32,000 nt of DNA from an uncultured delta proteobacterium (GTDB lineage: Bacteria; Desulfobacterota; Desulfobacteria; Desulfobacterales; JAFDCJ01). The stretch spans positions 16,960 through 48,959 of the forward strand of contig CAVXZZ010000037.1 of NCBI GenBank assembly GCA_963766255.1, given 5' to 3'. The notes beneath the pieces are model-generated. The model saw only the letters and a program-made list of their open reading frames with translations. It did no database searches and was not told the DNA's origin. The number at the start of each line of letters is the position of its first letter. Positions within the stretch are counted from its first letter, which is position 1. The position numbers and the translations under genes are program-made. Below, piece by piece: positions 1 to 9,679 of the stretch.

Positions 1-422
1 CCTTTTACTGCTATTTCTTTTAGGAAAATAGCAAACTCTCAAATATAGGCATGACAACTAAGAAACGTGTACTTCAAAGGATTTCAATAAAATAGCCCCC
101 AAGGAGTTTGGATCCCTTGGAGGCTTTTATATTGGAAATTTTAAGATTACCATGCTCATCTTGAGTTGCTCACTGATTTGCTGATATTAATTAGGCAGAA
201 TAAAAAAGCTGGCCTAAATATTCAGTCCAGCTTCAATTCAGATACAGTAGAGGCAACGAGAGCCAAATTCTTTATGAGATAATGCTCATAATTAACACCG
301 CGTAAGAATGAAAGTCAAGAAAAATATTGAAATTCAGAAAAACAACAAACTGAAAACGGTTTTGTGAAAAGTAAAACCATACCTTCATAAATTGATGTTT
401 TTCAAAACTTGTTATCGGCAAA

Positions 423-1124
423 TTAAATAATGATGGTTTCATCCAGATAAGGAATGCTGTCGATGATGGCATCGGGGTTTTCTCTCTCCAGGGCCTTGAA
501 GTCATCAAACCCCGTTAACACACCCACTGTTTTCATACCGGCGGCATTGCCTGCCCTGATATCCACGCGGGTATCACCAACATAGACGCAGTGATCAACA
601 GCCACTCCCAGCTCTTTACTGCCTTTGAGAAGGGGTTCGGCATGGGGTTTTTTGTTGATGACATCATCGGCCGTGATGATGACCTGAAGAAGTTTTTCAA
701 TGCCGGCTTTTCGTAAAGGAGCAAGCTTAAAAGATATATAATCCGTAGGGGTCGAGGTGACCAGTCCGATTTTCATGCCCTGGGCTGCGATCTTTTTACA
801 GATCTCCGCCGCACCCGGGATCAATTTAATCTGCTTGCGAAAAATTGGCGGTGCAATGTCATCGATGATTACCCGGGCTTCTGCGATCAATTCTTCTTTG
901 CGGGGTTTCATGGAGTCGGGAAGCACAAAATCCCAATCGAAGTCGCCATCATCCATGGCCTCCTGCAAAGTTTTCCTGGAAACGGGCGGCACCCCGAGTT
1001 TTTCAAATACAATATCAATGATTTGATAGTAGATCGGCGCTGAATCAATCAGGGTGCCGTCCAGATCAAACAGTACGGCTTCAACTTTTAATTTTTTATT
1101 TACAATTGGCAAGCTGCTCTCCAA
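423..1124 (-). CDS. HAD-superfamily hydrolase, phosphoglycolate phosphatase-like
   Basis: N-terminal FDLDGTLIDS (HAD motif I), later LVTSTPTDY, KPHAEPLLKGSKELGV and YVGDTRVDIRAGNAAGM (motif IV). Confidence 0.88.
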   Translation of the reverse strand: MESSLPIVNKKLKVEAVLFDLDGTLIDSAPIYYQIIDIVFEKLGVPPVSRKTLQEAMDDGDFDWDFVLPDSMKPRKEELIAEARVIIDDIAPPIFRKQIKLIPGAAEICKKIAAQGMKIGLVTSTPTDYISFKLAPLRKAGIEKLLQVIITADDVINKKPHAEPLLKGSKELGVAVDHCVYVGDTRVDIRAGNAAGMKTVGVLTGFDDFKALERENPDAIIDSIPYLDETIII

Positions 1125-1138
1125 AGGATGTCCGTTGT

Positions 1139-1567
1139 TTATGGTATGTTGGCAGTTGTTTTTGATGAAAGCCTATCGATTGCCAAAGTAACCCAATCAC
1201 CGTCCTTAACCCCCAGCGATTCTTTCAGCATTTCCGGCGAAATTATTTCGATAATATTCTTGGCGTGCACCCTGACATCTTCGGCAGGAATGACAATGGC
1301 TGCCGGGAGTCCTTCGATCGAAACCGGGAAGACATGCCCGCTGCAAAAATTCGAATCCGGCGATACCAACTCAAGCCCCTTTGTCGCCTTCAATTCTTCG
1401 ATCACAGCCACGTGATCCATCGCAATTTCCAGATTGAGCGTCCCGGGCCAGGGTGCAAATCCTAATTTGTTCAGACACTGTTCCCGAACCCAATCCAGCT
1501 GAGTGAAAAAGGCGCCCTGTTTTGCACCACTGAGTATTTTTCCGGATATGTTTATTTGGTCTGTCAT
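1139..1567 (-). CDS. DUF120 / CTP-dependent riboflavin kinase-like protein
   Basis: ISGKILSGAKQGAFFTQLDWVREQCLNKLGFAPWPGTLNLEI and C-terminal AIVIPAEDVRVHAKNIIEIISPEMLKESLGVKDGDWVTLAI match the archaeal RibK/DUF120 pattern (LGF-P-PGTLN, LR--L-v-DGD-V). 15 nt from the HAD gene, same strand. Confidence 0.75.
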   Translation of the reverse strand: MTDQINISGKILSGAKQGAFFTQLDWVREQCLNKLGFAPWPGTLNLEIAMDHVAVIEELKATKGLELVSPDSNFCSGHVFPVSIEGLPAAIVIPAEDVRVHAKNIIEIISPEMLKESLGVKDGDWVTLAIDRLSSKTTANIP

Positions 1568-1627
1568 TCTGACTCGCTTCTAAACACAAAATACAAAAAA
1601 CTAAACACCTTGCAACACACTACTTCG

Positions 1628-2215
1628 TCAACTTAATCCTGATTTCCCTTGCCCCCTCTTGGATCTCGATACATTTTCAAATCCGGCGGCTTCGATCATG
1701 GGAACCACATCGCTCTTGCGATAGACGGCTATGGGTTTGTGCAGGCCCAGCAGTCCGAAGATCCATAGGAAAAATCGTTCACGCAAGTTGAGCGATGCCT
1801 TCCATTTTTTTCTATCGATATACTGGATAACATTAGCCGGGTCATATATCCAGGCATCAGCGCCTGGCTTCAAAACCCGGTTGATCTCTTTCAGGACACT
1901 CACCGGCTTTTTAAGAGAATGAAGCATTCCGGTACTGATCACCATATCGAAGACAGCGTCATCAAAGCGCAACCGTGCCGAGTCTCCAACCTCGAAACTT
2001 AGTTGAGATGCGTACCCCGCTTTTTGAGCGTTAGCCCGGGCCATATGAATTAATTTGCGACTCAGGTCCACCCCGGTAATGTTGATTTCCGATGCGCGTT
2101 TGACAATTTCAATCGGCAAGTACCCGGGTCCGGTGCCAAGATCAAGCATGTGACCTTGCCGGATATGGGATATGATTTCATCGGCCACCTGGCTGTAATA
2201 GCCATCAACAACCAT
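1628..2215 (-). CDS. Class I SAM-dependent methyltransferase; true start may lie up to about 65 nt upstream at a non-ATG codon
   Basis: LDLGTGPGYLPIEIVKRA---ITGVDLSRKLIHMARANA (motif I/II); open frame extends upstream of the ATG to about 2281. Confidence 0.85.
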   Translation of the reverse strand: MVVDGYYSQVADEIISHIRQGHMLDLGTGPGYLPIEIVKRASEINITGVDLSRKLIHMARANAQKAGYASQLSFEVGDSARLRFDDAVFDMVISTGMLHSLKKPVSVLKEINRVLKPGADAWIYDPANVIQYIDRKKWKASLNLRERFFLWIFGLLGLHKPIAVYRKSDVVPMIEAAGFENVSRSKRGQGKSGLS

Positions 2216-2738
2216 CCGGCTGGCTTTCTCGTAGGAAGATGCCAGCGGCGCCGGGTATTCTTTCGTATTTAAACCATGGTTTCATAGCTGAAGGTTCAAA
2301 GGTTCTGGGTTCGAGTTCAGGGTTAAAGCGTTACTCCCGCACAACAGGCGCTGTCGCAATGCTCAGAGCTCGCTGATATTGCTGTTTTGTCATTACCGGT
2401 CCTCGATCGCCTTAATCCAGGATGACGGATCCGGAATCCAGTGTTCTTTCTAAATCTTACGTTTCTGGATGCCTGGATTCAAGTCCGGCATGACAGACCG
2501 GAGACTTTATGAGTAAGTTGAAATTCGGACACAGTCTCACAAACAGTGTTCAAAGTGTTTGTCTGAAAGATTCTGGAATAGCATTTGTGTACTAAACCCT
2601 GAACCGATGAACCTGAGCCAGTAAAACAATGCCGCATGGAAAAGTCAATTAATTTGCGGTTTACAATTGCTAATTTATTGTATTAATGTGTCAGTGTTTT
2701 CTAATATCAAATATGATAAAGATGGAAGGATTAATATA

Positions 2739-3218
2739 ATGACAAAGCACCCGAAGTATTTTACTGGCTTCCTTGTACCGTGGTTTTTGTCAGCACCGCC
2801 CACGGGGAAGACGTGACATCATGACAGCCACGGCCATGTTTGTCTCGGAAAAAGAACCATTGCTTATGATCAGCGTCGCCAAAGACCATCTGACAGAGCA
2901 ATTGATCAATCAATCCGGAAAATTTACCCTGGTAATCGCCGGAGAAGACCAGCGCAAGCTGGCCATGCAGATCGGCAGTTATCAAAGGCGAGGCTGCAGA
3001 CAAATTTGAAAAATTTTCCATTCCAACCTTAAGCGAACAATCCGGCAATGCCCTGGTACCGGAAGGTGCGGCCGCCTGGATGGAATGCGAATGTGGAAAG
3101 CAGCCAGGATATCAAAGGGTACCGGCTGTTCATCGGCCGGGTGGTCGATCAACATGACACCGGCACACCGCCATTGATGTGGCAGAAGGATAAGTTTTTT
3201 GGCCTGAAACCGATTTAG
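2739..3218 (+). pseudogene. Decayed flavin reductase-like (FMN-binding split barrel) gene with several frameshifts
   Basis: RBS-like GGAAGG before ATG at 2739. Homology moves between frames: MTKHPKYF / TVVFVSTAHGEDVT / MTATAMFVSEKEPLLMISVAKDHLTEQLINQSGKFTLVIAGEDQRKLAMQIGS / DKFEKFSIPTLSEQSGNALVPEGAAAWMECE / NVESSQDIKGYRLFIGRVVDQHDTGTPPLMWQKDKFFGLKPI*. Confidence 0.7.
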
Positions 3219-3404
3219 GGGATTTGGGATTCGGGATTTCGGATTTTGGATTGTAGAATAAAGCAAATTAATATTAGGTTTCAGGTGTCAGGTTTCAGAA
3301 GAACTGCGGACATTACTGACGACCTTAAACCTGAAACCAATTCATAGGACTTATATATAGAAGCTCTACCAATAGTTATATTTGCATAGCCGGAAAGATA
3401 AATT

Positions 3405-4629
3405 ATGGAAAAACCACCCGCGATTGCCGTCCTTGGAACCTTCGACTCGAAATCCGAAGAGCACATTTTCTTAAAAAACCAGATTGAACAACGGGGAATC
3501 GGAACCTTGACCATCAATGTGGGAACCCGTATGCCTTCCCCGGTGCCGGTGGATCTGGATTTGCTCGAAATCGTCAAAGCCGGCAACCCGGCTATCGCCG
3601 ACGGCCGGGATAATATCATCAATGCCATGCTGCAGGAGGCCAAAGACCAAATCAAGAAACTGCATGGGGATGGCAAAATCAGCGGCATCATATCCGCCGG
3701 AGGCGGCACCGGAACCCATATCTGCACCACCATCATGCATGAACTGCCATTAGGGGTTCCCAAAGTCATGGTATCCACCGTGGCTTCCCGTGACATGTCC
3801 CGGGTCGTCGGCACCAAAGACATCGTTATGATCCACAGTGTCGCCGATTTATTGGGCGTAAACAGTATATCCGGCTTAATACTGGACAAGGCCGCAGCGG
3901 GCATATGCGGCATGGTTAAAAGCCACTGGCAACCGTCAGGGCAAAAAAAACGCATCGCCCTGCCCTTTTTCGGATTCATTACTCCGGGTGCCGAAGCCAC
4001 CCGCCAGGCCTTGGAATCACTGGGGTATGAAGTCATTGCCTTCCATGCCAACGGCATCGGCGGCATGGCGATGGAGGAGCTGGCCGCAGAAGGATATTTC
4101 CACGGCATTCTGGATCTGGCCACCCACGAACTGGCCGATGATTTAATGGATGGCTATTGCGGCGGAATCGGGCCCGCAGCGTTTTGAACCGGTGCCGGGC
4201 AGATCAATTCCCAGGCTGGTGGTTCCCGGGGGACTTGACTGTGCGGTGCTGGAATTTACCCGCACCAGCATTCCGAAACAATACGAAGATCGCAAAATCT
4301 TTTTTTACGACTTTCGCTCTGCCATTCGTTTGAATGAGGAAGAAACTTCTTTTTTAGCAGCTCAACTGGCAGAAAAGCTCAATAAGGACCCTGCTCATAT
4401 CAGGGTACTGGTGCCCACCAGGGGCTGGTCCGGTGCCGATAAACAAAACGGTCCCTTGTACGACCCGGACATGAATCAGGTCTTTCTCCAGAAATTCAGG
4501 CAAGTTATAGATTCTCAAATCGAAATCCAGGAAGTTGAACATCACATTAACGATAAAGCCTTTGGGCAAATTGCCGCAACTGTTATGGATAATATGGTAA
4601 AATGTGCTAAATTAGACAATCATTCATAA
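3405..4629 (+). CDS. Tm-1-like ATP-binding domain protein (UPF0261 family), paralog 1, split by one +1 frameshift (ORFs 3405..4187 and 4150..4629)
   Basis: Joined product ...THELADDLMDGYCGGIGP|QRFEPVPGRSIPRLVVPGGLDCAVLEF... aligns end to end with the 5435 ORF. The frame change is explained by one extra C in ATC GGG CCC GCA GCG. Confidence 0.82.
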
Positions 4630-4757
4630 TACTATATAAGCACACCAAACTCTGATTGTGACCGGTTAATAAACCCTATCAAATACAAAACCTGTTTCCT
4701 TGACAATTGGCTTATGGGATATTAGACGAGTCTTGAACCAGTCTAAGGAGGTCAATT

Positions 4758-4997
4758 ATGGAAACTGTCGGTGCTTACCATGCGAAGACGCATCTGCCCA
4801 AGTTAATAGAGCGCGTACAAAAAGGGGAACGTATTATCATCACAAAGCACGGGGTTCCAGTAGCGGTATTGCAAGCCCCTGATCCTGAAAAAAATTTTGA
4901 TTTCAAATCAGTTGTCGACGAACTGTGCAAATTCCGGGACAGGCACAGCCTCGGCGGGCTTTCAATCCGTGAGATGATTGAAGAAGGCAGACGATAG
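4758..4997 (+). CDS. Type II antitoxin, Phd/YefM (prevent-host-death) family
   Basis: METVGAYHAKTHLPKLIERVQKGERIIITKHGVPVAVLQAPD; start preceded by AAGGAGG; immediately followed by a PIN-domain ORF. Confidence 0.9.
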   Translation: METVGAYHAKTHLPKLIERVQKGERIIITKHGVPVAVLQAPDPEKNFDFKSVVDELCKFRDRHSLGGLSIREMIEEGRR

Positions 4998-5417
4998 ATG
5001 ACCAAACATTTTGTGATCGATAATTCTGTGGTCATGTCATGGTGTTTCAAAGATGAAACAAACAAATATGCCGATGCTATTTTGCACAGGCTTTCCGAGG
5101 CCACTGCTTTCGTGCCTTCGATTTGGCCCTTAGAGGTCGTAAATGTGTTGCTTGTAGCAGAACGTAAAAAGCGTCTTAGCGAGGCCGACAGTGCACGTTT
5201 CATAACCTTGTTAACAAAGCTTCCGATAGTCGTGGAAGTTGACCACCCCGAAAAATCGATGAAAGCGCTTTTATCCTTTGCCAGGGCGAATAGCCTTTCG
5301 AGCTATGACGCTTCATATCTCGACCTGGCAATGAAAAGTGGTTATCCCATAGCCACGTCGGACAAGAAACTAATCCGGGCCGCGAGAAAAATTGATGTTC
5401 CGATTCTATCTGGGTAA
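4998..5417 (+). CDS. vapC: Type II toxin, PIN-domain (VapC-like) ribonuclease
   Basis: FVIDNSVVMSWCFKDE...FVPSIWPLEVVNVLL...LSSYDASYLDLAMKSGYPIATSDKKLIRAARK carries PIN acidic residues; adjacent to the Phd-like antitoxin. Confidence 0.88.
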   Translation: MTKHFVIDNSVVMSWCFKDETNKYADAILHRLSEATAFVPSIWPLEVVNVLLVAERKKRLSEADSARFITLLTKLPIVVEVDHPEKSMKALLSFARANSLSSYDASYLDLAMKSGYPIATSDKKLIRAARKIDVPILSG

Positions 5418-5434
5418 TCTTCAGGAGGGAAATT

Positions 5435-6661
5435 TTGGCGAATTCACCAACAGCGCTGATGGTTGCGACCATGGATACCAAAGGCCAGGAAGCCATGTTC
5501 ATAGTTGAATGCCTCAAGGCCGAGGGCATTACCGTAAAGATAATGGATGCCGGTATTAAAGGTCAATGCCCGACCCCGGTGGATGTAACCCGCGAAGAAG
5601 TCGCCCGGGCCGGCGGAAAATCACTGCAGGACGTCCAAAATTTGGGTCATGAAGGCAAGGCCCTCGAAGTCATGACCAGCGGCGCCATTCAATGCGCCCA
5701 GGAATTATACCGCCAAAACCAGGTCCAGGGGGTCATTGGCCTGGGAGGATCCATGGGGACCACCCTTGGCAGCGGGGTGATGCGCAGCTTTCCGGTGGGC
5801 CTTCCCAAAGTCATGATATCCACCATGGCATCCCGCGACACACGCGCCTTTGTGGGAACCAAGGATATTCTCATGCTGCACTCGGTTTGCGACCTCGCGG
5901 GCCTGAACCGAGTCACCCGGAAAATTCTGCGCAACGGGGCCCTGGCCCTGGCGGGTATGCTGCGCTCGGCAGTACCGGATGACGCAGCCGATCAAAGGCC
6001 CCTGGTGTTTGTCTCCACTCTGGGAACCACCGAAGCCTGTGCCCAGCAGATCCGCAGAACCCTGGAAGAAAAGAACAACGAAGTCGTTATCTTCCACACG
6101 GTGGGATCAGGCGGAAAAGCCATGGAAGAGATGATCCAGCAGGAAGATATCTCAATGCTGATAGATTTATCGCTGCATGAAATGGCAGACCACCGATTTG
6201 GCGGTGACTACGATGCCGGTCCCCAACGCGGAACGGTGGCTCTGGATAGAAGAATCCCCACCATCCTCGTTCCCGGCAATATTGACTTTCTGGTCACCGG
6301 CCCTTTGGAAAACGCGCAAAAGCAATTTCCCAACCGCCCCTATCACTGTCACAATGCGGCCATTACGGTTGTCCGAACGAAGCAGGAGGAGATAAAGATA
6401 ATGGGCGAAACCATCGCCAGCCTGTGCAACAACGCCCAGGGACCTGTGAAGATTTTAGTCCCCATGAACGGTTTTTCGGCCTTTGATCACAAGGAAGGCC
6501 CTCTGCACGACCCCGAGGCGCCTGGGATCTTTATAAAAAGCCTGGAGAAAAATCTTAATGATAAATCCTGTTTGGAAGCATTGCCTTTCTACATCAATGA
6601 TTCCGAATTTGCCCGGGAAATTATAGATACGTTGTATCGCATCAACCCTGATATCTCATAG
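5435..6661 (+). CDS. Tm-1-like ATP-binding domain protein (UPF0261 family), paralog 2
   Basis: ALMVATMDTKGQEAMFIVECLKAEG...VIGLGGSMGTTLGSGVMRSFPVGLPKVMISTMASRDTRAFVGTKDILMLHSVCDLAG...; similar to ORFs at 3405 and 16996. Confidence 0.88.
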   Translation: MANSPTALMVATMDTKGQEAMFIVECLKAEGITVKIMDAGIKGQCPTPVDVTREEVARAGGKSLQDVQNLGHEGKALEVMTSGAIQCAQELYRQNQVQGVIGLGGSMGTTLGSGVMRSFPVGLPKVMISTMASRDTRAFVGTKDILMLHSVCDLAGLNRVTRKILRNGALALAGMLRSAVPDDAADQRPLVFVSTLGTTEACAQQIRRTLEEKNNEVVIFHTVGSGGKAMEEMIQQEDISMLIDLSLHEMADHRFGGDYDAGPQRGTVALDRRIPTILVPGNIDFLVTGPLENAQKQFPNRPYHCHNAAITVVRTKQEEIKIMGETIASLCNNAQGPVKILVPMNGFSAFDHKEGPLHDPEAPGIFIKSLEKNLNDKSCLEALPFYINDSEFAREIIDTLYRINPDIS

Positions 6662-6868
6662 AAATCATTAAAATCAGCTTCCAAACAAAAAAATTTCGAA
6701 AAAAAGCACATACGGGTCGATAGTAATAATGCTTATTAATATCAAATTCTAAAAAGATATTCTTATCTCCGAGCGCCATACTGTTGACCTTTTGCGCCAT
6801 TATCGATAGCTGTTTAACATACTGAAATAAATAAAAAGAAAGGCAAGTCTAAAAAGGAAAATCAGCAT

Positions 6869-7906
6869 ATGGCTGTAACGCATCCTTTATCTCCAGCAGA
6901 TATTCTATGGAATATATTAGAAGACTATGGCCATGACGCCGAATCTATATTTCTTGAGGAGGGCATCGATCGTGAAATGATTTTAAAACCGGGGGCGCGT
7001 ATTACCCACGCGAGGGTTGACAGCCTTTGGTCTAAAGTAAACGAACTGATAGACGATCCATGTTACGGGGTGCGGGGCGTAAAATTTTGGCACCCTTCCC
7101 ACTTTAATGCCTTAGGTTATGCCTGGCTTGCAAGCGGTACTTTGCGCGAAGCTCTTAGCCGTGCTGCCCGCTATGCTCACGTTATCGGGGAAGATAGGGA
7201 ACATCGGCTGGAGGATACGGCTGAAGGACTGACCGCTACGTTGTCCCATTCTCTGAAGCTGCCCGCCTTCATGGATTTGTCAATGGCAATTTTGATGTCT
7301 ATGTGTCGGCTTAATTACGGAGCGGAGTTAAACCCGGTGAATGTCAATTTTATCCACGCCAAGCCTGCCTGTGCCAGCGAGCACGATTCCTATTTCAATG
7401 CTCCGGTTAAGTTCAACGCTGATACCGACTGCCTTGCCTTACCGGCAGATGCTGTTGATAAACGCCTGCCGATTGGCAACCCACAGCTTGCCAAAATTCA
7501 CGACCAATATATCATCCGTTATTTAGCAAGATTGGACAAAAATAGCATTGTCCAGCACGTTAAAGGCGTGATTATTGACATGCTGCCTTCGGGTGGGGTT
7601 TCCAATGAAAAGGTGGCAAAAAGATTGAACATGAGTAAGCGAAACCTGCAGCGCAAACTGCAACTCGATCATACTACTTTTCGAACACTGCTGGGCAAGG
7701 TACGCCAGGAGTTTGCAGAAAATTATGTACACGATTCAGCCGTCAGTCTGATGGAGGTGGCATTTATTTTAGGATATTCGGATTACAGTTCTTTTTCGAG
7801 AGCTTATAAGCGTTGGACGGGGGTGTCGCCTGGTGAGGGAAGGCATGAGGCGTTGAATTCAAATCACAATCCACATACAGATATCATCGATCAGTACCGA
7901 GATTAG
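6869..7906 (+). CDS. AraC-family transcriptional regulator with large N-terminal ligand/dimerisation domain
   Basis: C-terminal VSNEKVAKRLNMSKRNLQRKLQLDHTTFRTLLGKVRQEFAENYVHDSAVSLMEVAFILGYSDYSSFSRAYKRWTGVSPGEGR is a canonical AraC double HTH. Confidence 0.93.
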   Translation: MAVTHPLSPADILWNILEDYGHDAESIFLEEGIDREMILKPGARITHARVDSLWSKVNELIDDPCYGVRGVKFWHPSHFNALGYAWLASGTLREALSRAARYAHVIGEDREHRLEDTAEGLTATLSHSLKLPAFMDLSMAILMSMCRLNYGAELNPVNVNFIHAKPACASEHDSYFNAPVKFNADTDCLALPADAVDKRLPIGNPQLAKIHDQYIIRYLARLDKNSIVQHVKGVIIDMLPSGGVSNEKVAKRLNMSKRNLQRKLQLDHTTFRTLLGKVRQEFAENYVHDSAVSLMEVAFILGYSDYSSFSRAYKRWTGVSPGEGRHEALNSNHNPHTDIIDQYRD

Positions 7907-8474
7907 CCGTTTTTTCGCCTTCACGCTTACCCAGTTTTTCTGAAGCCACCTTCCTGGCAGTCACCGTAAAAAACCATCCGGATAGGTTGGATCGCAGCCT
8001 ATCTAACCCTTCCCCATGTGATTCACCGAATCTGTCGATGTCGGTATAAAAACCGGATTTAGTGTAACGCCAGAGTTTATCAGCGTCTTTAACGATCATG
8101 TCATTTAGCGAACGCGGCTTTTGGCGGGAATCATGACCGTCGATGATCTCCAGAATCTTTTCCGTTTTAGAAGAATCATATTTTACTTGCTGCAGTATTT
8201 CCTGGGCGATTTTTACCCCTTCCACTTCATGGAGCCGATTTAACTCGGGTCTGCTTGTGTTGGGACCGAATGCCTTGAGATGCATATCGGCCGGCACGCC
8301 TTTCCAGCCGGTATCGTGCAGGATAATGGCCGGAATCACAATATCTTCTTCACCGCCTTCCCGTTCCAATAGCTCAAAAGCCAGCAGAGTCGATATTTCG
8401 GTATGAACATCATTGTGACGGGTGTTCAGAAAAGGCCTGGCAAGTTGCCGGATTTTTTCGAAAACAGATTTCAT
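7884..8474 (-). CDS. HD-domain phosphohydrolase-like protein
   Basis: TRHNDVHTEISTLLAFELLEREGGEEDIVIPAIILHDTGWKGV ... IDGHDSR...NDMIVKDADKLWRYT: HD motif. Start overlaps the lysR-like stop (8471..8474), suggesting translational coupling. Confidence 0.75.
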   Translation of the reverse strand: MKSVFEKIRQLARPFLNTRHNDVHTEISTLLAFELLEREGGEEDIVIPAIILHDTGWKGVPADMHLKAFGPNTSRPELNRLHEVEGVKIAQEILQQVKYDSSKTEKILEIIDGHDSRQKPRSLNDMIVKDADKLWRYTKSGFYTDIDRFGESHGEGLDRLRSNLSGWFFTVTARKVASEKLGKREGEKTANLGTDR

Positions 8475-9430
8475 TTGGCAGCTGTTCTTCGTTGGGCAAG
8501 TATTTTAGTCATCATCGCGCCTATACCCATGGGATCGATATCTGATGCCCTCAATTTTATCAAGGTATCCACAAAGGCCTTAGCGGGCGGCGAAAGGGGT
8601 TGATTTTTTAAATACGCAATGCTGACATCCAAATATATTTGCGGATTTTTTAATGGCACAGAAGCCAGTTTTTTTTCCCTCAACTCTAATGCGACGGCCT
8701 CTTTTACCACCATCGAGATACCGTCACTGCGCTGAACCAGCTGTTTGATAAATTCGGTATTACTGGTCTCCATTAAAATATCGGGCTCACAGTTCGCATT
8801 CGCAAATGACTGCTCTACCAGTTTCCGCGTTCCCGATCCTTTTTCTTTCATAATAAATGGCTCTTTCGCCAGATCTTCGAAAGACACAGCCTTTTTGCGC
8901 CTAAAAGGATGTTCGGGCGCTACGATGAGCGCCATTTCCTCTTTACTGAAGGGATGGAAATTAACTTCGGGCACGTCCTCTGCTTTGGCAATCACGGCTA
9001 CTTCATTTTTAAATTCAAGAAGGCTGTAGGTCATGTCCAGGGAACTGCCTTCATTTAACTGGATTTTGATGTCGGGGTGGCTTTCGTGAAAGCTAGTCAG
9101 CATCAGCGGCATGAAATAGCGGGCGTAGGCTTTAGTGGTTCCCAGGCTGAGGACTCCCCGCTTGAGTTCGTGCATGTCTTCAATGGCATTTTCGATTTCT
9201 TTTTCATGTTTAAAAATTTTTTCCGCATACCCATAAAGTGTCCGCCCCTCGTCGGTCAGGAACAAATTGCGTCCTTTTTTCCTGAACAGCTTTAAATTGC
9301 AGACCTCCTCAAAAGCCTTCATCTGGGCGGTCACGGCCGGCTGGGTGATAAAAAGCTCACCGGCCGCAACCGTATAATTCAAATTTTTGGCCGCGTGGTA
9401 AAAGACGCGCAATTGGTTGAGGTTTAGCAT
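8471..9430 (-). CDS. LysR-family transcriptional regulator, divergent from the PpsA-like gene
   Basis: N-terminal MLNLNQLRVFYHAAKNLNYTVAAGELFITQPAVTAQMKAFEEVCNLKLFRKKGRNLFLTDEGRTLYGYAEKI, typical LTTR HTH; periplasmic-binding-like C-terminus. Confidence 0.95.
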   Translation of the reverse strand: MLNLNQLRVFYHAAKNLNYTVAAGELFITQPAVTAQMKAFEEVCNLKLFRKKGRNLFLTDEGRTLYGYAEKIFKHEKEIENAIEDMHELKRGVLSLGTTKAYARYFMPLMLTSFHESHPDIKIQLNEGSSLDMTYSLLEFKNEVAVIAKAEDVPEVNFHPFSKEEMALIVAPEHPFRRKKAVSFEDLAKEPFIMKEKGSGTRKLVEQSFANANCEPDILMETSNTEFIKQLVQRSDGISMVVKEAVALELREKKLASVPLKNPQIYLDVSIAYLKNQPLSPPAKAFVDTLIKLRASDIDPMGIGAMMTKILAQRRTAAK

Positions 9431-9650
9431 GTTTCTCCAGAGATCAGATGGCAGAAGACAGAAAACAGATGGCAGATGCCATTGAATTCAGAAGGGTCTG
9501 GCTTTCACCGCGTAACCCGCAACGCGCAACCCGTAACAGAATCCAGTGGCCAGCAGCCACTGACAAGTGACGAAAAATTTTGCCTAAAAATTATTTATAT
9601 ATCCAATTGATAGATAAGCTGAGCTTATGGGTAACATAAATTTAATTGGT

Positions 9651-9679
9651 TTGACAGTTTTATTTTAATTGTTCATAAA
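9651..9679 (+). promoter_or_regulatory. Candidate sigma70-like promoter for the synthase/carboxylase cluster
   Basis: TTGACA (9651-9656), 17-nt spacer, CATAAA (9674-9679), in the divergent lysR/synthase region. Confidence 0.35.

Noticed and set aside
423-1124. HAD phosphatase as the phenylphosphate carboxylase delta (PpcD-like) subunit
   Set aside because: About 12 kb away from and on the opposite strand to the cluster, and motifs fit generic phosphoglycolate phosphatase; no support for the specific role.
2380-2520. GGAATCCAG/CTGGATGCC-type intergenic sequence with loose inverted similarity, partly echoed near 21250-21280
   Set aside because: Resembles common degenerate intergenic repeats; arms are too imperfect here to define an element.
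3219-3260. GGGATTT/GGGATTC tandem-like run
   Set aside because: Short, degenerate simple repeat in an intergenic gap; no array structure and not CRISPR-like.
3281-4123. Minus-strand ORF (280 aa) opposite Tm-1-like paralog 1
   Set aside because: The plus strand encodes the conserved family; the minus product is a low-information shadow.
4697-4757. TTGACA upstream of the toxin-antitoxin pair as a sigma70 promoter
   Set aside because: No convincing -10 at 16-18 nt (TATTAG is at 14 nt, TAGACG at 17 nt); too weak to call.
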